Assembly: GCA_001600815.1 (NCBI GenBank)
Contig: BCKZ01000043.1
Span: 16,377-78,592 of the forward strand
DNA: 62,216 nt
Reading direction: 5' to 3'
From: Alloascoidea hylecoeti
Lineage: Eukaryota
In this document: one piece after another, positions 13,097 through 25,075 of the stretch
Position numbering within the stretch: the first letter of the stretch is position 1
Layout: the number at the start of each line of letters is the position of its first letter
Notes under the pieces: generated by a model
What the model saw: only the letters and a program-made list of their open reading frames with translations
Told to the model about the DNA's origin: nothing
Database searches by the model: none
Position numbers and translations under genes: made by a program

Positions 13097-13900
13097 CTAT
13101 TTTGCTGGTTCAGGTCTAGTAGCACCAGGGAGATAAAGAGGTTTAACTGGCATATAGGAGTTCGTACTATTAGCAATACCAGCATAAGCGTTATACCAGC
13201 CAATAAAAGCAGTAACTATTCCGAAATAGCCACCAACTTTAGTAATAATGACCTTCTCTGTAAAATCACCAATCATAAGGAATAAAAATGTTAAATCGAG
13301 CATTACAAATAATGCGCAAAAGGAAACGGTAGATTTTAGTGTACAAAGAACAAGCATGAAAGTGAATATAAACCAACCACAGAGAAAGAAAGCAACAGCA
13401 TTTTTCAATTCATGCTTATCATCGCCATAAGCAGCAGTAATACCGAAAGCATCGGTTTGAATGGCACCCCAAGCCATCCAAAAAGCGCCATAAGAAGATA
13501 GAGCGGTAGCACCAAATGTGTTTTGAACAGCCATTTCCCACATACCAGCTAGCAATTGAACCAAGCCACCATAGAAAAAAGCAAGACCAACAACAACATG
13601 ATTATCAGCAACACCACGAACTTGAGCATTAATGAGAGACAAAACAAAGGTAGTTAATGAAAAGGCAGAGAGACCTAAGGGAGCAGGATTTGCAAATTTG
13701 TGAACAGGTGCAGCTTGAGCACCTGGCATTAAGGAACCACCAAAAGCAGTAATAAATTCATCTCTTCGAACGGATATATCACCAATGTGGATAATCTCGT
13801 TATTTGGACCTGATGTTTGAATTGTTTTAAGATTGGAGGCGCTACTTAAGTCACCAGAATCCCAGGATCCGGCTTTTTCTAATTCTGAGGGTTGTCTCAT
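13097..13900 (-). CDS. ADY2: GPR1/FUN34/YaaH (ATO) acetate/ammonia transporter
   Basis: 267-aa ORF with the FANPAPLGL signature, NTFGATALSSYGAFW and six TM helices. Confidence 0.93.
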   Translation of the reverse strand: MRQPSELEKAGSWDSGDLSSASNLKTIQTSGPNNEIIHIGDISVRRDEFITAFGGSLMPGAQAAPVHKFANPAPLGLSAFSLTTFVLSLINAQVRGVADNHVVVGLAFFYGGLVQLLAGMWEMAVQNTFGATALSSYGAFWMAWGAIQTDAFGITAAYGDDKHELKNAVAFFLCGWFIFTFMLVLCTLKSTVSFCALFVMLDLTFLFLMIGDFTEKVIITKVGGYFGIVTAFIGWYNAYAGIANSTNSYMPVKPLYLPGATRPEPAK

Positions 13901-16499
13901 TATATATTATTCTTTTGTAATTGAATGTGCTATAATTGGGAAATGTAAAAGAGATTTGAAGATATTCTCACTATTTATAATTCAGAGATATTTTCGGAGT
14001 TTAAAAAAGGGTCCAGGGTTCAAAAGGACCTGCATAATTATACATACGAAAATATCTAGAACTCCACAAACATATTCCATAGATCCGTACTGAAAAACTT
14101 TCTTGAGAGTGAAATATATCATTTTGTGGGGAATTGGAATAAATGTTGGAGAGAAAATATCTCGAATATGTTGCGGGGATTCTGATTTTTCTGCGTTCTA
14201 ATGTTATATTAATTTTATTTCTTTTTAATTATAACTTCCAACGTACCCATTGCTACCCAATACTAGTATTATACTACCCATCCATCCTTCCACACCACAC
14301 CAATTAGACTCGGATTTATCCATATTAGAATTATAAAAAGTTTTTCCTTGACATTGCATTCAACGGTGGGGGGTTGGCATTATGCCAAGAGAATTGAGCA
14401 TATTTTCTCTACCATTGTAATATCAAGCAATAATTACTATATTTACTTTAATACATATGCAATAATTATCAGACTGTACAACGGCGTACATGTAAGTATG
14501 TATAATAATCATATAATCAATTAATATATACTTTTTTTTTCAGCATTTACCTGATTTTAAAGATCATAGCTATCTGTCAGGTCATAAAAAGTACCATTTC
14601 TAACTTCGTTATAATTGTATACGATTATAGTTAAGGAAGATTTATTCAATATCCATGTACACCCTAGTACGGTTAATAGGCAATATATTTTGAGCTCAAT
14701 ATTGTAATAAAGTGTTCATCATCCCAACGACGTGCATTTGGCCCAAATACTTATCACAAGCTATAGCTTATACATTGAAACTCACGAACAAATAATATTT
14801 GGTGCATAGGTATAGAACTGTAGCTATCCGTATAGCCGGACCAAGTCTAGAGTTATACCTAAGTTTATGCCCCTTACAGCAACCTAATAACTCTTCTGAC
14901 AACAATGAATAGGGAACATATTTGGTATATAGGTCCTTTCTGATATAAATACGATGAACCAAAGAAACAGGAGAATTGAGAACTTCAATCAAAAATAAGG
15001 TCTAAGTTGATTGTAAAGAACGTTTTGGATGGTGTGGTATTCATGTTAGATCGCTACAAGATCTGATTCCGGAAAAGTATATGCTTGACGATAGTCAGGT
15101 CATCCATTTGAATAATAAAATATATAATGTCAGTAAGTCTCGATTTGTAAGTCTTACGGTATGAGACCTATGGGTTGTAATTTGGAAAACTGCCTCGTAG
15201 AGTGGCAGCCGTGTCTAATGTTAAGGGTGCTAACACTAAATACTACCATTTTATATATCGATATACTGATAGATTCTTTAGAACTCCAGAACATTGCTCA
15301 CTAATTCAAAACAGTTTAAAGCCATGTAGAGGACATATATACGTAGCTAGTTCAGACAAAAACTTCGCAACTTTAAACTTGGCGCGGCTGGACAAAATTA
15401 TTTAAGTGTGAAAATATCAATACTAAACTTTAATTATTACACCTCCAAGAATACTACTTACAGCAGAAACGAGCAATACATTTTGTGTATTTGGGCCAAA
15501 TTTCTTTAATTATTTGACACAGGCAAAGTTAGTCATTAAATATAATATGATTTCGTCATTTGAAATTTATTTATTTAGTTAATAAAGATAATTTCGTTGT
15601 GGTGGCTAATTCTCTAGTGTTTCTTCCCGATGTATCTCGAGACAACTGTGATATATACCCCCTATTGTTAATCTCGTGCAAATAGTTAACTATTATTTAA
15701 CTAAATGTTAGATAATTCAATGCACACTTGTTTGGTCATGACTCACACTCATGATTATGAACCATTATCGGCCGAGTCTGGATATTCGGCAATCTTATGA
15801 GCCACCAAAGACGATATACATTTGTACACTATTTTATGTACCACCTTACTTACTTGAGATGATTTCAATACCAGATACTTGTGTTTCAAAACATACTCCT
15901 TTTTAAAGAATTGAACTGTTTATTAATTGATTATAGTAAACTTTAAATCTAGAATAGGTCATTGTGGATATTGTGAGTTTCCATTCTCACCACCAAATTT
16001 AAAAGATCTGAAAAATGATACATCCTTGACTTCATTGGTGTCCCCATTTTTAGATTCCTCTAGTAAATTCAATGGAATAGAATCATCAACTTCCTGTCTG
16101 TAACAAATGATGGAAATTCCAATTCGTCATGGGTTGCTTCAATAACAGTTTCATAACATAATCAGGCTTGCAATTTTTATTAATCTTTAACTTATTATCA
16201 TTTAGTAACCAACCGTCAAATCTAAGCTTGTTAAAAAGTCTATCTCGGTAGGGATTAGATTAAGAATTGAGAATGAGCTAAATATTAATAACAAGCTTGA
16301 TTATATCATAAAACTCTTGTTGAAATAAGCAAAGATGAATCGGAATAAGGAAAAAGAAGTTTACAATCTTATTTCATCAAATCTATCGGAGGAATCTGAA
16401 GATGGGGATACCAATGAGGCAGGATAAATTCAAAACAATATCATCTTCGATAAAGTTCTCTCAATTCATATTTATTGACACCATCTCTTTTGAGTTCTT

Positions 16500-17160
16500 C
16501 ACCGAGATTAGAAGCAGACTTCACCTACATGCTCAGATCAAACGGCCAAACCCCAGTCTTCGTGGATCCCTAGCTGAAGAAGAAGGTAATCCTTTAGCCT
16601 TTACATACATCATCGCCCATAAACATTTCATTTGTTTCGGCTGGTCGTTTGATTTTGGTGCGCAGAGGATCTTTTTGTTGAAACCCTGCAGCCGGAACGC
16701 CATCGTCTACTCCATTGAGGAAGAGCAGGATCCTCTGTCTCACACAGCCCGTTTATCACAATTGTGAATGAATAATTGGTAATGATTTTAGGCAATCATG
16801 ACACCCAGTGCTTTACTCCATCCCCTCGAGGAAAATATAACTTTTAATTGATATATCCCTCAGTTTTTCAATAGTAATCCCCTGATTCCGCTTGAGAAAG
16901 CTAACAACCCAATAAGTATCCACATAACAGATGGTAGAGTCGTTCTTGATTGGATTTTTGATGGTGCTAACCCTCCTTTGAATTTCTTTGGGCCCACTCT
17001 TGTGTAATAAAATCGCACAGCCAATTCTTTTCGGTATTGGTCAAAGTTTGGGATACTTCTTTAGCTGTTGATGTGAATTGTCCATCATAGATACGATAAA
17101 TGAGAGTTGAGCGGACCATTCCGGTATCCTAGCAATATGAGTGATCGAGATATTCGAATT
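16500..17160 (-). mobile_element. Degenerate Fot1/pogo-type DDE transposase
   Basis: Minus-strand pieces in order: RSTLIYRI..QTLTNTEKNWLCDFI (HTH), YWVVSFLKRN (CENP-B HTH), IHNCD(E)TG, KTGVWPFD; many stops and frameshifts; no TIRs found. Confidence 0.7.
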
Positions 17161-18203
17161 CGGCTAAAGAAGACTTCTTTCCATTGGTGCTTAAGCTTAC
17201 TACGCTTAGTATAGCCTCATTTCCTTGGCTTTTGATGCAAAAGCTCAGAGGGATTTTAGGACTCCATGCTTTAAATCTGCACTGTGTCATTTTTGATATA
17301 TATGTCTTTGTCTCTATCTCTACAGTCCTCTACCACAAAAGTAACAGATTCAAGCTTCGAATTAATTGTTAATATAAATAGAAAACTATAAAGTTTAAGC
17401 TTATAGATGATAACCGGTAAAGTCAAGATCTATACCAAAATAAGTTTCTCTTCATTGGCGATTTATTAATTGATTAGATGTGTAAAAAATCCCAATTAAA
17501 AACCAATTAATATTCTATTCCTGGCTGAAAATTAGCATTCTCAGAAACAAATATCTAGAATATTATAATTAGCAGCAACGGCGCTAACTGCACATCTGTC
17601 GGAAGACTATAGGCTGAGATCTAGATCTCGATAATAATTTGTGATGCCGGGTATAAGCATTATTTTGGTCTCTCTATTTGAGTCTATATTGCAATTGGCT
17701 TAAAGTTACCACCATATAATTATAAGCATGTGTAGACACGGTTAGATTGATGTCAGAATGAAACTCCTTATAAAATCGATCATTAAACATTATTGCCAGC
17801 ATCATTAATTTCATCTTCATCAACTTTAGCATCGTCAGTTTCATCAATTGATATGTTATCTTTTTTAAGTGTATATCCACGAATGATAATTATAAGGTAT
17901 AAATTATAAGTAATAATATTATTTTAATATGAATAAACCATTTTTAAATTTGCTCATCCATCCGGGACCATGTACCATCATGATAATAAATCAGGATTCA
18001 TGATCACTTATAAAACTACATATCCGATATTAGATCATAAATGACTATAAATACAAGTATGATTCCCCATCTTCATCCATATTTATAACTATTTTTCAGC
18101 ACTGAGTTCTATATCAACTATTGGAACCTAAACTAAACAAATCAAATACGAATCAAGCTATTTCATTTCTCTATAATTAAGCTTCACCTTTTTATCAATA
18201 AAA

Positions 18204-18284
18204 ATGTCAAAGTGCTCTTGTGAAACCGCAAAAGGATGTACCTGTACTACAGGTTGCAGTTGTTCTTGCTGTACACACAAATAA
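18204..18284 (+). CDS. Short fungal metallothionein (26 aa, 8 Cys)
   Basis: MSKCSCETAKGCTCTTGCSCSCCTHK*; CxC motifs, no aromatic residues, AAAAATG start context, TATAAATA upstream. Confidence 0.85.
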   Translation: MSKCSCETAKGCTCTTGCSCSCCTHK

Positions 18285-19140
18285 ATTTGAATTATGGTTG
18301 TGAAGGTCTACCAGGTTGAAATAATCATGGGGATTTTCTAAATGTTAATAAAGGAGTATAATATGCATTATTATAAGTGTTAAGTTAAAATTTGGTGTTG
18401 GATATAAGGTCTATTTTACTTATGTTTGTTTCATCATAACTACCATTACTTTCTTTTTTACATGATTTTTATTGCAAAGTTTGTCGTTAAATAATAAGTC
18501 ATAACTAATGGGTAATATATTTTTATGTTAATCTATCTTTATGTGAGCAGAAATTGTCATGTTTTCGATTGTAGTTCGCGAAATTTATGACTATAAACCA
18601 ATTACTTATACAATGGTTATAACAATTGCAAAAGTATGTTCATTATAAGGTATTTTACTTTTACGTAGATATAAACATAGTGTTTTTGAATCTACCTTTA
18701 TCTTTATAACGCGTGCTATATTGGTGTTCGTAAGCTAATATACCATGCTTGTAATTAGGATTTATGCTGCTTTGATGGTACGCCAATTGCGTTTGCTGGT
18801 TATCATCCTGATAAACCTATACATGTAGCAATTTAGAAAGATCAAGACTATCATAGTTATTAATTCGAGAATTTTAGATTTTACATATAAATATATGATA
18901 AACCATATTACCTTTTAAATATCCAAGAATGAGGTTAAACTTTATGATGATTCAATGATGAACTACTTGAAGATAATTATTATATTATATTATGTTGAAA
19001 AATAGGAATTCTTAATGGGTAAAAAAAGGTATGATCCTTATCTGAAATGATAAGAAAATTACAGTATCTCAATAAAAATTAAAGAAAATGATTTATAAAT
19101 TGAGAAAAAAAAAAAAAAATTCATGATATTATTATTAATG

Positions 19141-19167
19141 CTGTAACTGTAACTGTAACTGTAACTG
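19141..19167 (+). repeat. (CTGTAA)n microsatellite
   Basis: About 4.5 copies. Confidence 0.8.
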
Positions 19168-19227
19168 AATGTATATAATAAATAAAAAGAAACGTGAATA
19201 TTTTAGATTTTATATTTTATATTAGAT

Positions 19228-20005
19228 TTAATAGTATTGCGATGGTCCAGTTCCGGATCCAGATCCATTAGGAGTATGTCTCGAGAAACCGTTTAAATTG
19301 ACGCTAACATTTTGGGCTGAAGGATAACCATTAGAAGAGTCAGGAATAACATTCATCGGTCGAGAAAGAGATGAAGCAGCATGAGTATTTGCATTCATAC
19401 CACTGAAATTCAATCGTGTAGGTGATATAATTTGATTTTGTGGTTGATATTGTTGTTGACGATTCTGAAGTGGTGAATAGTTATAATTATAGTATTGATT
19501 TTGAGATTGTGGTTGAGAATAAAGATTTGGAGGTGCGGTGGAAGGTCCCGAATTGAGATTTATTCCATTTCCATTTTTATTATTATTACTTAGTATATTT
19601 GAATTACTTTTTGGAGTTGTTATTGAAGGTCCATAATATGTTGGAGTATTAACCGATTGTGAAAAAATGTTATTTGTAATCGGCGTTCTTGATCTTTCAG
19701 GTGTAATCAATGGTGATCTTGAATGACTGATTCGAAGCTATTTTATTAACCAATCTTAGTATAAATAAATAAGCCCCACTATATAAACCGGCTAACTTAC
19801 CTCTTCTTCACTAATAGGGCAAAATTCTAAATCATCATCAAAACCGAAGGATTTATCGATCCAGGAGCGTTTAGGAGCTATGAAATTATGTCAGCTTGGT
19901 TGGTGAAAAAAAAAATAACATAAATCATTCATTCATACCTATAGGGGTATTAGCATTTATGGGAGTATCCCGCGAAGAAGTAGCAATTTCTATAGAAGTT
20001 GACAT
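19228..20005 (-). CDS. Disordered 217-aa protein with SFGFDDDLEFCP motif; exons 20005-19939, 19877-19801, 19737-19228
   Basis: Two canonical introns (gtatga..gctgac..tag; gtaagt..tactaag..tag) join into one frame; many S/T-P sites. Confidence 0.75.
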
Positions 20006-20700
20006 TTTTTGTGTTTTTAAATGGGTTGCAAGTGAATGAGAATTTTGAAGAAAAAGGTTTAATTTTTAAAATTTTTGACAGATCACCCCAGTTATAATTA
20101 GAGACTTGTGATAACTGAAGACTTTCAATGAAAACACACGTACAATTGCAAAAGTATTGATACACTAATCCTATTCCTCACCATCATTGATCAGGCTATT
20201 AGGGTAAAAGTCACGGTGCTTTGCTAGAATTTGCTACATCTGTATAATACTTATAAGATTCATTTATTATTTCATATACCATACACATTGTTTTATACAT
20301 TTTTAATATAATTGTTACTTATAATTGTCGAGAAATTTGACATATCATTAATTTTACGATTGAAAATTATGAATAAACAGTCACATTCTTGAATCTTAAT
20401 TTATGTTAACTTACCCGGGCTGCTGGCTGTACTTAAATAAAAGCAGAGACTTTCATGTTTGATTGGAGTGTATAGCTATAGCTGCTACCCTTTACCAGTT
20501 TCTATAAATATCGATAATCTAGAGGCACCAAAATTCTATTGTCAAAACAATTGTAGATCTACAGAATGATCAACATTACTAGCTGCAGATGCTATACAAT
20601 CAATTGTAGACTATATGATTGACTAATAAATAGAAATATCAAGCTATTTAAATTGTTACAATAATAATACTAAGATTGAATAACCACATTGATAAGTTAA

Positions 20701-23617
20701 TCATACAGTCTCATCAGTATTTTGTTTATCTTGAATAACAGCTCTCTTCTTCTTCTTTTTTAATTTTTTGTGTTGTACTTTAACACCAACTGTATCTTCA
20801 TCATCAATATTCTCAGATTTATGTGATTTAGCTTTCTTTTTCTTCTTTTTAACTATTGGAGTATTGATATTATTATATTCAGGTATTTTATTTGTTTCTT
20901 TATTAATATTTTCCCTTATTTTTTCAATTTCAAGAGTTTCTGGTGAAACTTCTTTAATTTTTAATTCATCATTTTCACCAAAATCGTCATCAAAATTAAA
21001 TTTTTCTAATTCACTTGATCCAAATTTTAAAATGTTTTTCTTTTTTGATTTTACATTTAAAGATGGGGAATTTCTATTAAATGATGATGATTGAATAGGA
21101 AAGTTATCTCCTGGAATAGTTTCATCTTGTAAAATTGTAACATGTTGACGAGCTAATTTTGACTTTGATTTTTTCTTCTTTTTATCCTTCTTTGAACTTG
21201 AAACATCTGTTGAGTATAAGTTTAATTTCACTGTAGGAATATCATCAACATCTAATGATTCATTACTTAAAGGGTTAGGTAATGAAGTATTAGAATTTTG
21301 GAATTCATTTTGATTAACTGATGATATTGATTGTGGAGTTGAACTAGCATCGTATGAAATATAAAAAGGATCATATTTTTGTCTTTCTAATCTTTCAAGT
21401 TTTCGTTTTTCTTCATCTGAATTACGTCTTATAACAACTCCATTTACCGTTGATTCCCATCTAACTTCATCATTTTCTTCTAATTCTTCTTGAATATCAT
21501 CACTATCATCATCATTTTCACTATCACTTAATAACAATGGAACATTAATTTCCGTATCTAAATCTAAATCTTCAGGTAATCCAATTCTTTCTTGTGTACC
21601 AGGAGCAACTGGTTTTAATTCATATTCATTAAATAAACTTGGTAATAATAATGAAAATATTAAAGGAGGTTCATTTGAATTTTTATCATGTTCTTTAACA
21701 GCATCTTGAATAACTTTAAATAATTCTAAAAATTCAACAGATCTTTCTTGTACTTCAAAATAACAAGATTTTGAAAATTTTTCAAAAAATGATATAATTA
21801 ATTTTATAATATTTTCAATTTCAATAAATTTATTAAAATCCCAATAAATATTATTATTATTAACAAAATTTGAAAACAATTTTATAATTGATTGAATATA
21901 AATTGATAAAATATTTGGCATTTCTAGATTTGTTAATTCTAACCATTGTTTTTCAACAATTAATTCAATTATATATTCAGGATTTAATAATTTTGAAGAA
22001 AATTCACCAATTATAAAAATTGAATCACCTAAAACACTTGGTAATTTTTCAATCATACTAAAATCATTTATAATTTTAACACATGCAATAACAACTTTTT
22101 CACGAATTGATGGAATTCTTATTGAAACATTCCTTAATTGTTCACCAATTTCATATCCTAATATTTCACGATGTTTTTTGGTTAAATTATCTCCTAATAT
22201 TGTAGTTAAATCAACTAAAACTGTAATATACCAATCAAAATTTGGAATATTTGAAAATGTATTAAATGAACAAATTTCAATGATTTTATGTATCAAATCA
22301 GCTTTATATGATTCTGGAAGAACTAAATTTTCATCATTATAATGATATTTATCGCCATCATCATCTTCTTCATCATTCGATAATCCAGGTACTAATTGTA
22401 ATAATAATTTTTGAACGATATCTGTGATATTATCATAATCAACGATTGAACTGACTAATTCCAATGCTTGTTGTCTAATTGAAATATCACTATCATATAA
22501 ACATGTTAATACTTGTTCATCCAAAGCTTTTATAAAAAAAGGTTGAATTTTTGATATTTTAACCAATGCTAATAAACCAACATATTTTAAATTATGATCA
22601 TCTTGATCAAGAAAAGTTTGTAAATGTGGTACAATAATCCCAGCAGTTTCATAATCATCATTATCTAATAAACCACCAGTTATAATACAATTTATACATT
22701 CATAAATTAATGATGATGCTTTTGTTTTTTGAATTAAGTCAATTATTGGTGACAATAATTTATTTTTTAATCTTGGTTCAATTAATGATAATGAAGAAAA
22801 TAATTTTAAAATTCGAATTAGCATCCAATTATTATTTGATGTATTTAATAATTGATATAATTGTGGTGCTAATGGTAAATAATTTTTTGGATGTCTTTTT
22901 GCTAATTCACAAATAACTGTAACAGTTGCTGATACAACTGAAGGATTTGGATCATCTAATTTATCTTTTAATCTATCAAATGAACTTCTTAAAGCTTCAG
23001 GAAATTGTAAGAAAATCTTATACATTGCTAAAACTGCTTTTTTCCTAATATAAGGTGTTGAATGATTTAACATTTTAACAACATCATCACTAATATCAGT
23101 TGCCAGAGATGGAGTAACAACTGTAGCAATACCACTTAAAGCTAAAGAAACATCTAAAACTGAACCACTTGATAAATCTTTTTTAAATAAATTTGTTGCA
23201 AGCATTAAAACATCTTCATCATTTCTAAAACTTTGTATAGCAGAAAGATAACCAATTCTTCTTTGTTGAGGTTTATTTGAAGACATTACTTCTAATACAT
23301 GAAAATTAGACCAAGACATATCATAACCATACATTTCTAAATATGCTAATTTTAAAGCAGCCATTGATTTCATTTCTAAATCTGGATTTTGGATTTCTGT
23401 TCGACATTCTGAAATTGATTGATTTATACATTTTTCAAGAGATTTGGAATTTTTATTATTGGCTCGAATAAGAACAATAAGTTGATAAAGAGATTTCTCA
23501 AATCTATTCAAACATTAGACATGAAACATGAAATATACATATGTATATATATGATTGAACTTACACTATCCCGAAAGGTCGTAAACGGGCTCTAACATCA
23601 TCACGTTGAAGAGACAT
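20701..23617 (-). CDS. APL5: AP-3 complex delta adaptin; exons 23617-23565, 23503-20701
   Basis: Spliced start MSLQRDDVRARLRPFGIVFEKSL; KLAYLEMYGYDMSW, NNNWMLIRILKLF and FEVQERS motifs. Confidence 0.95.
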
Positions 23618-23819
23618 TAAAATAATTAAAATGAGGTGGAATTATATCGATTGTTTGATTATGCTGATGGTGATGGTTATGGTGGGAGTTCGGATGTTCT
23701 ACACATCATAACTAATCCAAACACCAAAGAATTAAAACTTTAGAATCATCAACTATATATACAAATAAATAACAATAACAAACACTGAAAGAGATCATAA
23801 ATTATATACAGAATCAGCA

Positions 23820-23999
23820 ATGCCAGCCCCACAAAGTTATCCATATCTAATATCAAGAATAGGTGATCCTATTTTTGCAATATTTGTCGGAGTATCAGCT
23901 TACTATATGTCTGAAAAAAAGCATCAAAAGCCAAAGGGTCATACACTAAATGAATTATTCATCAAAAGATGGAATAAAGAACACACACAAACGAAATAG
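23820..23999 (+). CDS. NCE101: Non-classical export protein 1 (59 aa)
   Basis: MPAPQSYPYLISRIGDPIFAIFVGVSAYYMSEKKHQKPKGHTLNELFIKRW matches recalled Nce101 (DPLLAIMVGCLSYY..GHHLHELIKKRW). Confidence 0.88.
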   Translation: MPAPQSYPYLISRIGDPIFAIFVGVSAYYMSEKKHQKPKGHTLNELFIKRWNKEHTQTK

Positions 24000-24564
24000 C
24001 TTTAAACAAAATAACATATAATATTCCATAACTACTAGGAACTATGAGGTATAAGAGTAGGCCCAATGTTTTGCGCTAGACCGGGGGTTTCAATCACACA
24101 AAGATAACTGTTTACTAAAACAACTACCAACAATACAAAAAAATATGAATTCACTAGATATTCAGTAAATAAACTATTTATTCTAATAAATTCTTCTGCA
24201 TTCAATTCAAGGTTAGAGGGGTTCTTCTTTTTCATCTGGTTTTTGATCGTATTGGTTTTCTGTTTATTCTCCATATCACTAACTACACTAAATTTTCATG
24301 GGGTAATTTGACCTTGGCTTTCCTACCATTTCTCAATTATCTTTTTTCATTTCGAAGAGATCCGGCACAGTCTTTTAAAAATAGAATACATGTACCAGAT
24401 CTTCCTGTTTCTCACCCAAGATGAGTATACTTTATAAGTTATAGGCATTAAATTTTAAAAATTGTTTATAATTATTAAGTTAATTACGAACAGGTTTTAC
24501 GAACTTTACTACATATATTGTAAGCTGGAAAAATATACGAAAATGATGTCGATGGGTGAAGTTG

Positions 24565-25075
24565 AGCAATGTTAATAATCCAAAAATCTGACAATACCCT
24601 AATCATTTTTAAATAAATATTTTGTATATTATCCAAAATTTAAAAAGTTGTGTCAAAATATTAACCAGGTATTCTCTTTCAACAAATAATAGGGCAAAAT
24701 ACATCTGGATATTTCACTCTTCTAAATTCTACAATTGCAATATAGATCTATGCATGTATATGTTATGTTTCTTCAACCGCATAATAAAGAGCCCATTTTT
24801 AACCATGGGATCGCTATCCGTAGTGATATGTATTATGTGAGACCGTGATTTTGGATCCTTTACAAATATCTGGATATATCAATTGAATTATTCATAACAG
24901 CACTTCAAGATGTATTAAAGAGATATTCCAATCATAAATATATTTAATTACAGAAAAAAGTAAATTTGTATTGTGATCACACAACCATTCTAAACACATA
25001 GAAATCAGAAGATTATTTAAAACAATTCATAGATAATATTGTGAACAAATTAAACTTCAAAAAAATAAAATAGGT
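24565..25075 (+). repeat. Dispersed repeat family B, copy 1
   Basis: aaaatttaaaaagttgtgtcaaaata...gtgatattatgtgagac...aagtaaatttgta shared with 36300-37455(-) and 58810-59470(+). Confidence 0.85.

Noticed and set aside
17674..17990. GWMSKFKK motif and acidic stretch as a second pogo fragment
   Set aside because: Single short motif without supporting neighbours
24035..24274. 79-aa ORF with a hydrophobic stretch
   Set aside because: No recognisable family; abuts decayed repeat DNA; may be another gene fragment
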